Positions 41,999-56,071 of a stretch of 64,000 nucleotides of DNA are shown here, piece after piece. The DNA is from Octopus vulgaris. Taxonomy: Eukaryota. Location of the stretch: the NCBI GenBank assembly GCA_951406725.2, contig OX597833.1:2046001-2110000 (forward strand), given 5' to 3'. Made by a program: the position numbers and the translations under genes. The notes under the pieces are model-generated. The model had not been told where the DNA came from. It searched no databases and was given only the letters and a program-made list of their open reading frames with translations. The number at the start of each line of letters is the position of its first letter. Positions within the stretch are counted from its first letter, which is position 1.

Positions 41999-42155
41999 GT
42001 TGAAGAGCGTAGGCTCGAAACGTAAAAGACTTGTTTTATTTCTATTCCTGAGCGCCATACTAATACAGTTGTTTGTTTGTACTCCACCTGTCTTCGTCTT
42101 TTGTTTATTTTCGTAAAGCTTGTGTTTTGCGTTCTTGTCCCAGTTTGTATTTTTC
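41999..42155 (+). mobile_element. Family H1 element, 5'-truncated inside its minimal hammerhead
   Basis: GTTGAAGAGCGTAGGCTCGAAACGTAAAAGAC; embedded in (TA)n. Confidence 0.65.
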
Positions 42156-42162
42156 ATACAAT

Positions 42163-42222
<60 letters not shown>

Positions 42223-42775
42223 GGGGTGCAGTGCTAATTTACGCAAAATGAAAAGCAAAGCCAGTACTTCTACGAGAGAGTGAAGAACCGATGGCAGACG
42301 GTTCAAAATTCAGTCATCACTTTTTCAAATCAGTAGCCTTAATCGCTGTCTCGCTTCAATTGGAGATTTAATGGTGAGCAGTTAATCCCTTCTTAAATTC
42401 ATCTCCACTTATTTACAGATCATAGCGCTCATGCGCCCTCAACACTTTAGGTGAGACCCTAGATTGATAGCACACGAAAATCAAGTTATGATAGTGTTGA
42501 TATACGTCTACATAATTCACAAATGATGATAATAGTTTTTTATCTGACCTGCCAAACCCACGTGCATTCTTCATACCTCTCTTCTTTTTCATCTCCATCC
42601 TTCTCTTCTTTCTTTCCCAGTTTCTCAGTTATCATATAAATAACAATGTCTAAAGCTTTTTAACTTTTCCTATTTTTTTCATTCTTCATTGTGTATCGCC
42701 CTAAATATATTAATTGTGAATGTCACTTGTACTTTCGTTGCCTCTTTATTTTTAGTTATTTGTAATTTCATTTTG

Positions 42776-42826
<51 letters not shown>

Positions 42827-42829
42827 AAC

Positions 42830-42895
<66 letters not shown>

Positions 42896-43332
42896 TTATA
42901 AGATATTGATACCTCATCTGTCCATCTTCCTTTCTATCTATACAATATAAAGACCGAACTGAGGCATCAACCAACCAACTAACCAACGAATTTTCATGTC
43001 GGCTATTATAGATATTGTGAGTAAATGCCCAAATGACAACTTATAAAAGCTGAGTTCTTAGGATATGAAGTGAAAAAGCTAAAGTGCACATAACATGTAT
43101 GATCTGTACGGGTGAGAATAAGAGTACGTAAGACTTTTCTTCATTCAGCATGTGAATTTGATTTTGTTATCTATATTTCTAGAATGGAACTTTGAATGTT
43201 TGTTAGAAACTAGATCCATCCTGGAAGGAAGACTTCAAATAATTAAAGTCATACCTGCATATAAGAAGGCATAGACATACATAATAAATATATATACATA
43301 TACATATGTTTATATATATATATATAAATATG

Positions 43333-43411
<79 letters not shown>

Positions 43412-43572
43412 TATACTTAAATGGGTACATACATGCAACACGTACATACACACATATATACACACAATTATATACAACCAGAGATTTCAAACCGTTTGTA
43501 ACCGAAAAAAAATAAATACTCTACTTAACTTGAAGGAGGTTTCTAAGACCCAAGCAAGGCCGTAGGCCATTA

Positions 43573-43624
<52 letters not shown>

Positions 43625-43631
43625 TGTATGT

Positions 43632-43679
<48 letters not shown>

Positions 43680-43787
43680 ATTTATATATGTATATATAAA
43701 TGTATATATATTTATATGTATATATATTCATAAATGTGCATATATATAATTCTAAATGTATATGTATATATATTTATATATATATGT

Positions 43788-43828
<41 letters not shown>

Positions 43829-44500
43829 ATATATCTATCTATATAAAGCGAGATATATGTCGATATGTACAAACACATATGAATATATTCATGTATGCAT
43901 TTATATATATGTATGAATGTAAGTATGTATATATGTATGTATGTATGTGTTTATGTATGTGCGTGTGTATGTTTATACAGACGATTCTGGATCAAACAGC
44001 GCATACCCCAGGGGACATTATGTTTCTTTGAATTTCTGTATTAATCTCACAAAATAAAATTACCCACCCGCACACGCACGCACGCGCTCACACACACACA
44101 CGCTCACACACACACACGCACACAGAGAGAAAAACACACACACACAAATAGACATATATTTGGAGTAATGAGGTGACAACAAAACACTATGTATGTATGT
44201 ATGTATGTATTTATGCATGCGCGCCTGTTTGGCTATATATGTGTGTGTGTGTATGTGTGCATAATTTATTAGCGTTTAGCTGAATAGAAGTTCTCTTTCT
44301 CGCCAAACATCAATGGTTTCACGTTACGAGTCCTCTGTGTGATCTAATTACTCCCACAAATTATCAGATCAAAAGATTTATGTTACGTAAGCAATACTCA
44401 CTCTACGTAGAATTTTTTTATACCTCACTTCTGACAAATTTTTTTTTTAATTATTTTTGTGCCACTTTGATAATATATATCCGTGTGTATGAGTATATAC

Positions 44501-44701
<201 letters not shown>

Positions 44702-44728
44702 TACATATACACATATATACATACGCAC

Positions 44729-44763
<35 letters not shown>

Positions 44764-45306
44764 GTGTATAAGCGTATGTATGTATGTAAATATTTAGAGA
44801 AATATAAACGCGTACATAAATATATTTATATGTAAGTATATATATGTATATATATATATGTGTGTGTGTATGTATATATGTGTGTGTGTGTTTGCGTGTG
44901 TGTGTGTGTGTGTGGTCTTCGCATCACTTTGTTTCCAAAACTGAAAAATTTTAGATATGGCATAAAAAAAAATTTATGAAAACTATTTCTTTTATCTTTA
45001 TTCGTGTATTTCATTTCATTATTTACTTATTCCTTCATCGATTTATTCGTTAGTTTCTTCATTTTATTTTCCTCCAGGAACTGAAAAAAAAGGTTTCGGT
45101 CGATCTCTGTTGCGTATTTTTGGAAATTATATTTACCAATGTTTTTTGCGTTGTATTTTATGTTTTAATACTTTGTATATCAAAAACCGATTGAGTGGAG
45201 TTACTAAATCATAACTCGAATTCTGAAATCGTGTGCATTCGACTACATATAGTGTTATAATTGTTTTCTCTGTGTGTGTGGTGTGTATATATATATATAC
45301 ACACAC

Positions 45307-45362
<56 letters not shown>

Positions 45363-45513
45363 TATATATATATATATATATCATATATATTGACCTGCTC
45401 GCTTAGCCAGCGGGGTGGCGTCATTTGAAGGCTAAAACAATGCGAAGCGCATTGTGACCAGCGATATGTAGCAACATCTGATAGCCTGGTCGGTCACGGT
45501 GATTACGGTGATA

Positions 45514-45566
<53 letters not shown>

Positions 45567-45591
45567 TAATATTTTATATACTTACATATAT

Positions 45592-46005
45592 AGGCGCAGG
45601 AGTGGCTGTGTGGTAAGTAGCTTGCTTACCAACCACATGGTTCCGGGTTCAGTCCCACTGCGTGGCATCTTGTGCAAGTGTCTTCTGCTATAGCCTCGTG
45701 TCGACCAATGCCTTGTGAGTGGATTTGGTAGACGGAAACTGAAAGAAGCCTGTCGTATATATATGTATATGTATGTATGTGTATGTGTTTGTGTGTCTGT
45801 GTTTGTACCCCTAGCATTGCTTGACAACCGATGCTGGTGTGTTTACGTCCCCGTCACGTAGCGGTTCGGCAAGAGAGACCGATAGAATAAGCACTGGGCT
45901 TACAAAGAATAAGTCCCGGGGTCGATTTGCTCGACTAAAGGCGGTGCTCCAGCATGGCCGCAGTCAAATGACTGAAACATGTAAAAGAGTAAAAGAGTAA
46001 AAGAG
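45592..46005 (+). mobile_element. SINE family B flanked by a ~270-290 bp direct duplication
   Basis: 45297-45584 and 46007-46278 share unique sequence and microsatellite order. Confidence 0.9.
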
Positions 46006-46018
46006 TATATATACACAC

Positions 46019-46059
<41 letters not shown>

Positions 46060-46220
46060 ACACACACACACATATATATATCATATATATTGATCTGCTC
46101 GCTTAGCCAGCGGGGTGGCGTCATTTGAAGGCTAAAACAATGCGAAGCGCATTGTGACCAGCGATATCTAGCAACATCTGATAGCCTGGTCGGTCACAGT
46201 GAATACGGTGATATCATATA

Positions 46221-46259
<39 letters not shown>

Positions 46260-46496
46260 TAATATTTTATATACTTATATATAAATATATATTTACATAT
46301 TGTCGTACCATCTATCTATTTCTCTATGTATAATTCTACCCTTATGGGGCTATCTTTTACTGGAAAGTAATACATTTGTATTGCATTATTATTTTCATTC
46401 AAAAATCCTTCACTGTTCTCGTTCTATTAACGACTTGGCGTTCAGACGAGTATACCGGCATTGATGTGGCAACATTTGAAATTTTGTCTAGGTAAA

Positions 46497-46565
46497 TACA
46501 GCTGATGATGACTAATCAAATTTACGTTGTCAAATGTATTTGAAGACTTAGAAACCGGTCCTGCG
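46497..46565 (+). ncRNA. Type I hammerhead ribozyme
   Basis: cag CUGAUGA tga..tcaaat..atttga..tta GAAA ccgg UC/ ctg; GUC site after 46560. Confidence 0.7.
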
Positions 46566-46769
46566 TCATTGGAATAAGGATAGAGTAAGTACAGATAAAT
46601 GTTGAAATGGGAACGATAGTATACAAAATACGAGAAGCCGTGTATTACTTCGTTCAACTAATTGTCCTCATATGATTAGAAATAAGAATAATAGAATAAA
46701 AAAACAAACCCCTTATATATTTAATGTTTCGAAAATTTGAAAATTACAATGCATCTCCTGGTAAGGACG

Positions 46770-47935
46770 ACATTATTTGGTTTATAATTCCATTCTCTAA
46801 GTAAATTAAGAATAATTTAGTCGAGACCATATACAAACTTTTTCTAAACACTTTATAAAGGAAACTAGATGCTATGATATTATTAAGCCCAGGTTTCTTA
46901 AAGTTTCATTTTCTGTATCAAATAATTTGGCCCAGGTTATACCTTCAATTAACGAAAGAAAATTTCTAATTTTCATAACAGTTATAACGGTATCGAATGC
47001 AACAATAGTAAAGCTCTTGGAATAAATGTTAGTAAGAACTGTATACTTGAGTCTTCTAGTATACAAGGGGAAACAACCCAAGTTAAATCCCATCTCAACC
47101 TTTTGAATATAGTTGACTTGGTAAAAAGCAATCATACTAAAGGGAATGATGTAAAGTCGTGCAGTTACTGTTTATATCTCGTTCAGAGATTTATTATTTG
47201 TTGCAGACAGTTTTTCGAAATAGGTGACGAAAAGTTACTGGAAAAACGATATAAGAATTTGCATTGGGACCTCCCTTCATCGAAAACCGGTGATTGCCGT
47301 ACGCTGAGGACAGGTCAAAACCTAGAAACTGCAGTCCGTGCGTATCACTTAGGTTGACGAGGGAAGGGTGACCTCCCTTTGCAAATGCCATAAGAGCACA
47401 GAAAGTGTGCCTAAAGCCAGCTGGAGACGATGTTCTCCTGGGGCTACAAGCTACAGTAACACCCACCCTTAGTGGTTAGCCATATTGAGATGGCAAGTAT
47501 ACCTCACAGAATAATATGAATAGTAATGAAAATATATTTTGTGATTGCAAGATTATAAGTAAATGTTTATTCAAAAATTATTGTAAGCGAAAAAAAGTAG
47601 TTTACAGGTGTAAAGCGAAATTTGGAGGTAAGAATTTCTTTGACATAGGAGCAACGCAAAATTTTATCAAGAAACGCATCTCTAATCACATTTATACATT
47701 CAATAATGGGAACAGGTTCTCTTGTACCAGCCCCAGAAAATTTATTTTGGACTTGAAAGACAAGAAAAAGGATTTTGTCAGCGGAGTGGGATATTGTAAC
47801 AAAGGCTGCCGCTTACGAGGCTTGGAAATTCGTTTTGCTTTCTCTGCATCAAAGAGTTATACTAATCCTAAATCTCAGGCGGTGCTTCTTCAATACGAGG
47901 ATGGAGACTGGTTTTTCATGTGCTCACGAATGTAA
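46770..47935 (+). pseudogene. Decayed Penelope-like element ORF (post-RT linker + GIY-YIG endonuclease)
   Basis: IIWFIIPFSK*IKNNL (cf. IIWFNPPFS), then CDCKIISKCLFKNYC..VVYRCK..FDIGATQNFIKKRISNHIYTF..FILDLKD and a frameshifted EWDIVTKAAAY..FCFLCIKEL. This motif order is typical of PLE GIY-YIG domains. Interrupted by insertions. Confidence 0.8.
47298..47342 (+). ncRNA. Compact type I hammerhead ribozyme
   Basis: cgtacg CUGAGGA c aggt caaa acct a GAAA ctgcag UC/ cgtgcg. Stem I is 6 bp with one GU pair; GUC site after 47336. Confidence 0.8.
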
Positions 47936-48365
47936 ACAGGCTTTCAAAGACTAACATTAGATATATTATTGTCTTGAATAAATTAATTATATCTTAAAGC
48001 TACTAGTACATTAAATAGGTCGGTATTTCATGTTTAATACACGGACATCTTTAACTGTAAGAATAAAGAATTCTTAGTAGACATCATATAAATATTAAAA
48101 ATTATATTAAAATATTAATATTTAAATATTAATAATGCATCTTAAATACCAGGAAGGAAACTGATAATCCATGTATTCGCGCTTGTTTATGAGTGTTCAA
48201 AAACTTTCATCGCTTATATTATTGTCACTTATATTATCATCATGAATAATTAATTTTATATGAAAGCTACAAGAGCTTTGAATATTTTTACAAACGCCCG
48301 ACATTTACATGATGAATGTTAACGCTCTCTATCCCTCACTTTCCCTCTATATATATGTCTTTCAA

Positions 48366-48416
<51 letters not shown>

Positions 48417-48536
48417 CCTCTCTCTCTCTCTCTGACACCTAGTTCGTTCTAACTGCAGCATCACCCCCCCCCCATAAAAACGATTACGTATTACAAAGGC
48501 ACGCATACAAATCTATCAAAATATTTATATATATAT

Positions 48537-48946
48537 CTTTTACTCTTTTACTCTTTTACTTGTTTCAGTCATTTGACTGCGGCCATGCTGGAGCACCGCC
48601 TTTTAGTCAAGCAAATCGACCTCGGGACTTATTCTTTTGTAAACCCAGTACTTATTCTATCGGTCTCTTTTGCCGAACCGCTAAGTTACGGGGACATAAA
48701 CACACAAGCATCGGTTGTCAAGCAATGCTAGGGGGACAAACACAGACACACACACGCATATATATATATATATACATATATACGACGGGCTTCTTTCAGT
48801 TTCCGTCTACCAAATCCACTCACAAGGCTTTGGTCAGCCCAAGGTTATAGTAGAAGACACTTGCCTAAGGTGCCACGCAGTGGGACTGAACCCGGAACCA
48901 TGTGGTTGATTAGCAAGCTACCTACCTCACAGCCACCCCTGCGCCT
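48537..48946 (-). mobile_element. SINE family B
   Basis: Similarity to family B copies. Confidence 0.9.
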
Positions 48947-49246
48947 ATATATATATATATACTAATAACGGTTTTTGTTCTTTATATGCACGTATTGTCA
49001 AAACACACACATCTCAGTCTCTTAAGGGTCGACCAATACTTTGGAATGTAAATCCTTTCTGGAAAATTCTCCCCTCATGAAATTCCCAAAAAACCAATTT
49101 CAGTAAGAATATTTTAAATTAATTCAATTTGATTTAATTTCTCTAATTGAAATAATTGGCTATGGAAACGGCTGTAGGGATAAGAATTTCATGTTCTATT
49201 GATTTGAATATATTTGAATAAACTGATTATCTATAAGTCAATTTCT

Positions 49247-49288
<42 letters not shown>

Positions 49289-49297
49289 GCGCATACA

Positions 49298-49351
<54 letters not shown>

Positions 49352-49384
49352 CACACACAAACGCACACACGCGCACACATACAA

Positions 49385-49420
<36 letters not shown>

Positions 49421-50235
49421 GGTTATGGTATATTTTGTGAAGAGTGTAGTAGAGTACAGTATAAAACTCGTCCACCTTCAGATTTTACTCTGTGCTACCC
49501 AGTATTCGTAATATTATACGAGCTCCCAGGTTTGCGTTTGGTCTTCTGTCGTGTGTAAATAGACAATTGAATAAGTTGGGGTGAAAAAGAAGGCGTATGG
49601 TTGGACATCTATCTGCAATCATTACAATTGTTTCTAGGCAACATAGTTCTCTAGGCTTGGATGTATTTGGTTATGTAACCGTATCCCTGCATTGTAAGTT
49701 CTAGTTGTGTTTCCTCAGGCGGTATATATTGCCTCCGTAAATGTCCAGCCGTACTCCTTGTTGACTTCAACATATTCAATTATATATATATACACACACG
49801 CAAAAGGGACGCACACGAAGTACGCCGGTGAGCTATCGGTGCTATGTGATCCGAAAAGTTCGAAAACGCAGTATTGAATTATCCTTTATTCCTCTAACGA
49901 TCCCCGTAAAGCTGAGACAGATTTTTCCTATATTCACCGCACATAAACAACTCTGCCTCTAAACATTCAGTGAAACTCTCACTCACACTCTCTCCCTCTC
50001 CGTCTCTCTCTCTCACACTCTCTCTCTTTCAAGGTGTACATACAGACACAAACACACACACACGTACACGCGGACACACACACACACACGTACACACTTA
50101 CACGTACACACACACGCACACACGCACACACACACACACGTACACACACACATACCCGCGCACACACAAGTACACACAGACACACACATGTACACATACA
50201 CGTATACGCACGCGCGCGTGCACACACACACACCT

Positions 50236-50410
50236 CTAAATCAACAGGTTTTTTCATTATCTCTGTTTATTTTTTCTGTGTCCCTTTCTGTAGAAGAGCG
50301 TAGGCTCGAAACGTAAAAGACTTTTTCTATTCCTGAGCGTTATGCTAATACATCTGTTTGTTTTGTACACCACCTGTCTTCGTCGTTTGTTGTTTTCGTA
50401 AACTCTCCCT
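50236..50410 (+). mobile_element. Family H1 element with minimal hammerhead variant at 50284-50319
   Basis: cttt CUGUAGA a gagc gtag gctc GAAA cg UA aaag; between (CA)n and (TA)n. Confidence 0.7.
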
Positions 50411-50467
50411 ATATATATGTGTGTGTGTATGTATGTATGTATGTATGTATGTATGTATGTATGTATG

Positions 50468-50498
<31 letters not shown>

Positions 50499-50633
50499 GT
50501 ATGTATGTATGTCAACAACGGTGAACGACTGCAACAGGTACCACAACATTGACAACAACAGCAAAATCAGTATTTGCTTCCAGCGTCTGAAAATATAACT
50601 GAATCTGGCTGAAAAATCTCCTTCCGCTTCAAG

Positions 50634-50717
<84 letters not shown>

Positions 50718-50992
50718 CAACAGCAGCAGCAATACTGATGAAACAACTAAAACTCTTATGACAACCACTACCATTACCACCACCACCACAACAGCAACAA
50801 CAACAACAACAACTATTACTAGTAGTAGTAGTAGTAGTAGTAGTAGTCTGTAGTAGTAGTAGTAGTAGTAGTAGAAGGAAGAGGAAGAGGAAGAGGAGGA
50901 GGCGTAGAGTCAGCCCCGTCTCTTCCAGTGCTGTATGATCGTTGGTATCTCTTCACTTGTAATGTTTTCTCTCAGAAGGAACGTTTTCCTCA

Positions 50993-51025
50993 TCGTCATC
51001 ATCATCATCATCATCATCATCATCG

Positions 51026-51075
<50 letters not shown>

Positions 51076-51101
51076 GTCATCATCATCATCATCATCATCA
51101 A

Positions 51102-51142
<41 letters not shown>

Positions 51143-51158
51143 CCACCACCATCATCAC

Positions 51159-51223
<65 letters not shown>

Positions 51224-51224
51224 A

Positions 51225-51268
<44 letters not shown>

Positions 51269-51284
51269 CCACCACCATCATCAC

Positions 51285-51322
<38 letters not shown>

Positions 51323-51356
51323 ACATCATCATCATCATCACCACCACCATCATCAC

Positions 51357-51390
<34 letters not shown>

Positions 51391-51416
51391 GTCATCATCA
51401 TCATCATCATCATCAA

Positions 51417-51457
<41 letters not shown>

Positions 51458-51473
51458 CCACCACCATCATCAC

Positions 51474-51519
<46 letters not shown>

Positions 51520-51545
51520 GTCATCATCATCATCATCATCATCAA

Positions 51546-51589
<44 letters not shown>

Positions 51590-51617
51590 CCACCACCATC
51601 ATCACCATCATCATCAA

Positions 51618-51661
<44 letters not shown>

Positions 51662-51677
51662 CCACCACCATCATCAC

Positions 51678-51709
<32 letters not shown>

Positions 51710-51750
51710 CCATCATCATCGTCATCATCATCATCATCGTCATCATCAAC
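50993..51750. repeat. (ATC)n array with recurring GTC/AAC/ACCACCACC interruptions
   Basis: Direct reading; the interruption order repeats about 6 times. Confidence 0.95.
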
Positions 51751-52267
51751 AACGACAACCAGATACTACCGATCACCACCACCACATCATCATCATCATT
51801 ATCAGCAGCAACAGCATCGTCCATTAATATCAGCCATCACTCACCACCCCCCCAATCCCTCTAGCCACTCCCATCCCCACTAACTCCACCTCACTCAGAC
51901 ATTCCTCTCTCTCTCTCTCTCTCTCACACACTCTTTATTTTATCGTCTCTCACCTTCCTTCTCTTTCCTCTCTCATATTCTCTCTCTCTCTCACTCTCTC
52001 TTTAATCGCACTTGCTTATCCCTTTACACATTCTTCCTCTCTCTTTCACACTCACACACTCTTTCTCTCTTTCTCTCTCACACACTCTTTCTCTCTCACA
52101 AACTCTTTCTCTCTCACACATTCTCCTTATTTCTCTCTCTCTCACACACTCTTTCTCTCTTTCTCTCTCACACATTCTCATTATTTCTCTCTCTCTCCTT
52201 CTCTATTTTGTTCTCCTTCCTCTCTCTCCCCCTCTCTTGTTCGCACCTGTTTATTCACTCTCATCCT

Positions 52268-52321
<54 letters not shown>

Positions 52322-52750
52322 TCATCCTTTCTCTCATTTAACCACGCAACACCTTTTTTCCTTTCCTCTCTTTCTCCTTATCTATTTTGTTCTCCTTCCT
52401 CTCTCTCCCCCTCTCTTGCTCGCCCATGTTTATTCACTCTCATCCTCCCACCACTCTCTCTCTCTCTCTCTCACTTTCACCCTCATATCATTCATAAACG
52501 CAAACATTCGCTCCTCTCTGCTTTCTCCTTCCCTCCCTCCCTCCACTCTCGCTCATTCTACCACCCTCTCTGCCACCCTCTCTCTCGCCTCCTACCTTCC
52601 CACACCTTCCACAACAAACACACCTCTCCCTTCAAGTCTTACCTCTCACCTCTCTTACGTAACTCTCAGTAACTCTGATCTCAAGTACTGACGCGCACAC
52701 GCACACACACACAAGTACACACACACACACAAATATATATATGTATATAT

Positions 52751-52946
52751 AGGCGTAGGAGGGGCTGTGTGGTAGGAAGCTTGCTTCCTAACTCCATGGT
52801 TCCGGGTTCAGTCCCACTGCCTGGCACCCTGACCAAGTGTCTGCTGCTATAGCGTCAGGCCGACCAAAGCCTTGTGAGTGGAATTGGTAGATGGAAATTA
52901 AATGAAGCCCAACGTACATATATATATATATACATACATACATATG

Positions 52947-52979
<33 letters not shown>

Positions 52980-53588
52980 ACATACATACATATATATATA
53001 TACATATATATATATACATATATATATACATATGTATGTATGTATGTATATATATATACATATATATATATATACGTGTGTGTGTGCGTGTGTGTGTCTG
53101 TATGTGTGGGTGTATGTATGTATATATATATATAACGGGAGGCTTTATGAAAATAAACAAAAGACGAAGGCAGGTGGAAAACAAACGAACAATTGTATTA
53201 GTATGGCGCTCAGGAAATATAAATAAAACAAGTCTTTAACGTTTCGAGCCTACGCTCTTCAACAGAAAGATACACAGAGAGAGAAAAACACAGAAAGAAG
53301 GAGAGAAAAAAAATGCGTGCAGTAGCTAACGAATCAACATGGCGATCTCATGGCGATCAACATGGCGATCTCATATATATATATATATATATACTTATTT
53401 ATGTGTGTGTGTGTATTTTCCCCCCTGACAACCGACGTTGGTGTGTTTACGTCCGTGTAACTTAGCGGTTCGGCAAAAGAGACCGATGTAATGAGCGTTT
53501 AAAAAAATAAGCCCATTGGGTCGATTTTTTCAACTAAAACCTTTCAAGGTGGCGCCCCAGCAAGTCCACAGTCATATGACTGAGACAA
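52751..53588 (+). mobile_element. Older SINE family B split by an expanded microsatellite and an H1 insertion
   Basis: Head at 52751-52915, tail at ~53400-53588. Confidence 0.75.
53135..53348 (-). mobile_element. Family H1 element with minimal hammerhead variant at 53234-53269
   Basis: Minus strand reads cttt CUGUUGA a gagc gtag gctc GAAA cg UU aaag. Confidence 0.7.
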
Positions 53589-53601
53589 TCATTAGACCGT
53601 A

Positions 53602-53747
53602 TATTTTTCTACTCTAGGCACAAGGCCTGCAATATTTCGGGAGGAGACCAGTTGATTATATTGACCCCAATACGCAACTGGTACTTAATTATTCGGCAGA
53701 CGAAACACCGCTACGCATTTCGCCCGGCGTGCTAACGTTTCTGCCAG
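53602..53747 (-). mobile_element. SINE family C with internal deletion
   Basis: Head and tail match family C; the central domain is missing. Confidence 0.75.
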
Positions 53748-53768
53748 ATCCACTACACCTCTATGAAG

Positions 53769-53852
53769 TCCTTACACGTATTTCACTAACGTATGAAATA
53801 CCGTGATATACGCAATTACGCAATCATCATTGATCGCCCGATCATCAGAAGA
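53769..53852 (-). ncRNA. Probable type I hammerhead (degraded stem II)
   Basis: Minus strand reads tctt CUGAUGA ..57 nt.. GAAA tacgtg UA/ agga. Confidence 0.5.
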
Positions 53853-53858
53853 GAAAAC

Positions 53859-53990
53859 TATTTTAATCTGTTGTTGGTTACCGACATCAGTTACTAAGCA
53901 AAACCAAACTGAGAAGTGTATATGTGTGTGTATATATATATATTTGTGCGCGCGCGTGTGTGTGTGTATGTGTGTGTATATATATATATA

Positions 53991-54035
<45 letters not shown>

Positions 54036-54169
54036 CATATATATATATATACACACACATACACACACACACGCGCGCGCACAAATATATATATATACAC
54101 ACACATATACACTTCTCAGTTTGGTTTTGCTTAGTAACTGATGTTGGTAACCAACAACAGATTAAAATA
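53859..54169. repeat. Near-perfect palindrome, ~137-bp arms around a (TA)n centre
   Basis: 53859-53996 versus 54033-54169, including the mirrored compound microsatellite. Confidence 0.9.
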
Positions 54170-54192
54170 TATATATATATATATATATACAT

Positions 54193-54229
<37 letters not shown>

Positions 54230-54234
54230 TGTGG

Positions 54235-54616
54235 TGGCGCAATAGTCCAGTGGTTAGGGCAGCGGACTCGCGGTCATAGGATCGCGGTTTCGATTCCCAG
54301 ACCGGGCGTTGTGAGTGTTTATTGAGCGAAAACACCTAAAAGCTCCACGACATCCGGCAGGGGATGGTGGTGATCCCTGCTGTACTCTTTCACCACAACT
54401 TTCTCTCACTCTTACTTCCTGTTTTCTGTTGTACCTGTATTTCAAGGGGCCGGACTTGTCACTCTCTGTGTCACGCTGAATATCCCCGAGAACTACGTTA
54501 AGGGTGCACGTGTCTGTGGAGTGCTCAGCCACTTACACGTTAATTTCACGAGCAAGCTGTTCCGTTTATTCGGATCAACCGGAACCCTCATCGTCGTAAC
54601 CGACGGAGTGCTTCCA
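54235..54616 (+). mobile_element. SINE family A, full length
   Basis: Similarity to the 28357 copy. Confidence 0.9.
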
Positions 54617-54628
54617 AATATAGATATA

Positions 54629-55593
54629 CAGGGTGTCCCAAAAGACATTGATGGGTTTCCTTAACTTTACAAATAAATGCAAGAACTTTTGATACAATAC
54701 AAAAGACATAATGGAAATTAATATACACGAGTCAAATGTTGCAACACCATTACAGCACAAATGAAAATGACATCGCTTAAATGGCAGCCATTTTCTGCTA
54801 CGCACATCTATGCTTTTTCCAAAACTTGCACCATACCACCCTCAGATCCAACTTCTCTGATTTCTCTATTGATGTTCTCCTTCAGTTGCACCAGGGTCTC
54901 CGGTTTGTTGACGTTAGCCCTCTCTTTCAGGTATCCCCACAAGAAAAAAAAGCCGGGCTAGTTAATTCTGGGAAACGTGAAGACCAGTTGACATTGCCGT
55001 AGCGGGAGATTATTCTCTCCCCAAAGCACTGCCGTAGCAACTGTTTCTCTTGCGGTATAGGCAGTTGCTGCATCTTACTGCAGCAATGAGTGAGGTCTAC
55101 TTTGAATGGCTGGGCGCAAAAAGATCTCAATCCTGGATACTTGAAAGAGAGGTTTTACATCAACAAACCAGAGACCCTGGTGCAACTGAAAGAGAACATC
55201 AATGGAGAAATCAGAGAAACGAGGTCTGGAACATTTGAGGGTGTTAATGTGCAAGTTCTGGAAAGAGTACGGGCGTACGAAACCGAAAACGGCTGACATT
55301 TAAGCGATGTCATTTTTACCTAAGTGATGTAGTGGAGTTGCAAAATTTGACCTGTGCATACTCTCTTTTTCTCTTTTACTCTCTTTTATTTGTTTCAGTC
55401 ATTTGACTGCGGGCATGCTGGAGCACCGCCTTTAGTCGAGCAAATCGATCCCGAGACTTATTCTTTGTAAGCCCAGTACTTATTCTATCGGTCTCTTTTG
55501 CCGAACCGCTATGTAACGGGGACATAAACACACCAGCATCGGTTGTCAAGCAATGCTAGGGGGACAAACACAGACACACAAACATATACACAA

Positions 55594-55676
<83 letters not shown>

Positions 55677-55952
55677 TACGACAGGCTTCTTTCAGTTTCC
55701 GTCTACCAAATCCACTCACAAGGCATTTGTCGGCCCGGGGCTATAGCAGAAGACACTTGCCCAAGATGACACGCAGTGGGACTGAACCCGGAACCATGTG
55801 GTTGGTTAGCAAGCTACTTACCACACAGCCACTCCTGCGCCTATTAATTTTCATTACGTCCTTTATACTGTATCAAAAGTTCATGCATTTATTTGTAGAG
55901 TTAAGGAAGTTATTAAGAATTGAAACCCATCAGTGACTTTTGGGACATCCTG
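54629..55952. mobile_element. Non-autonomous Tc1/mariner-superfamily element built from two inverted transposase 3' ends
   Basis: TA-CAGGGTGTCCCAAAAG ... CTTTTGGGACATCCTG-TA. Plus strand encodes DLNPGYLKERFYINKPETLVQLKENI..HLSDVIF; minus strand encodes VNWSSRFPELTSPAFF and NKPETLVQLKENI. Confidence 0.85.
55361..55843 (-). mobile_element. SINE family B inserted in the mariner-type element
   Basis: Similarity; it interrupts the right arm. Confidence 0.9.
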
Positions 55953-56071
55953 TATATCTTATTCCTATGTGAAAAGGTCGAAAAGGTTGAAACCGGTACT
56001 AAACATTATAAAATGTATTTCATGATAAAATTAATTTAGCATTTTGCCTTATTTTCCTTACACAGGAGGAT

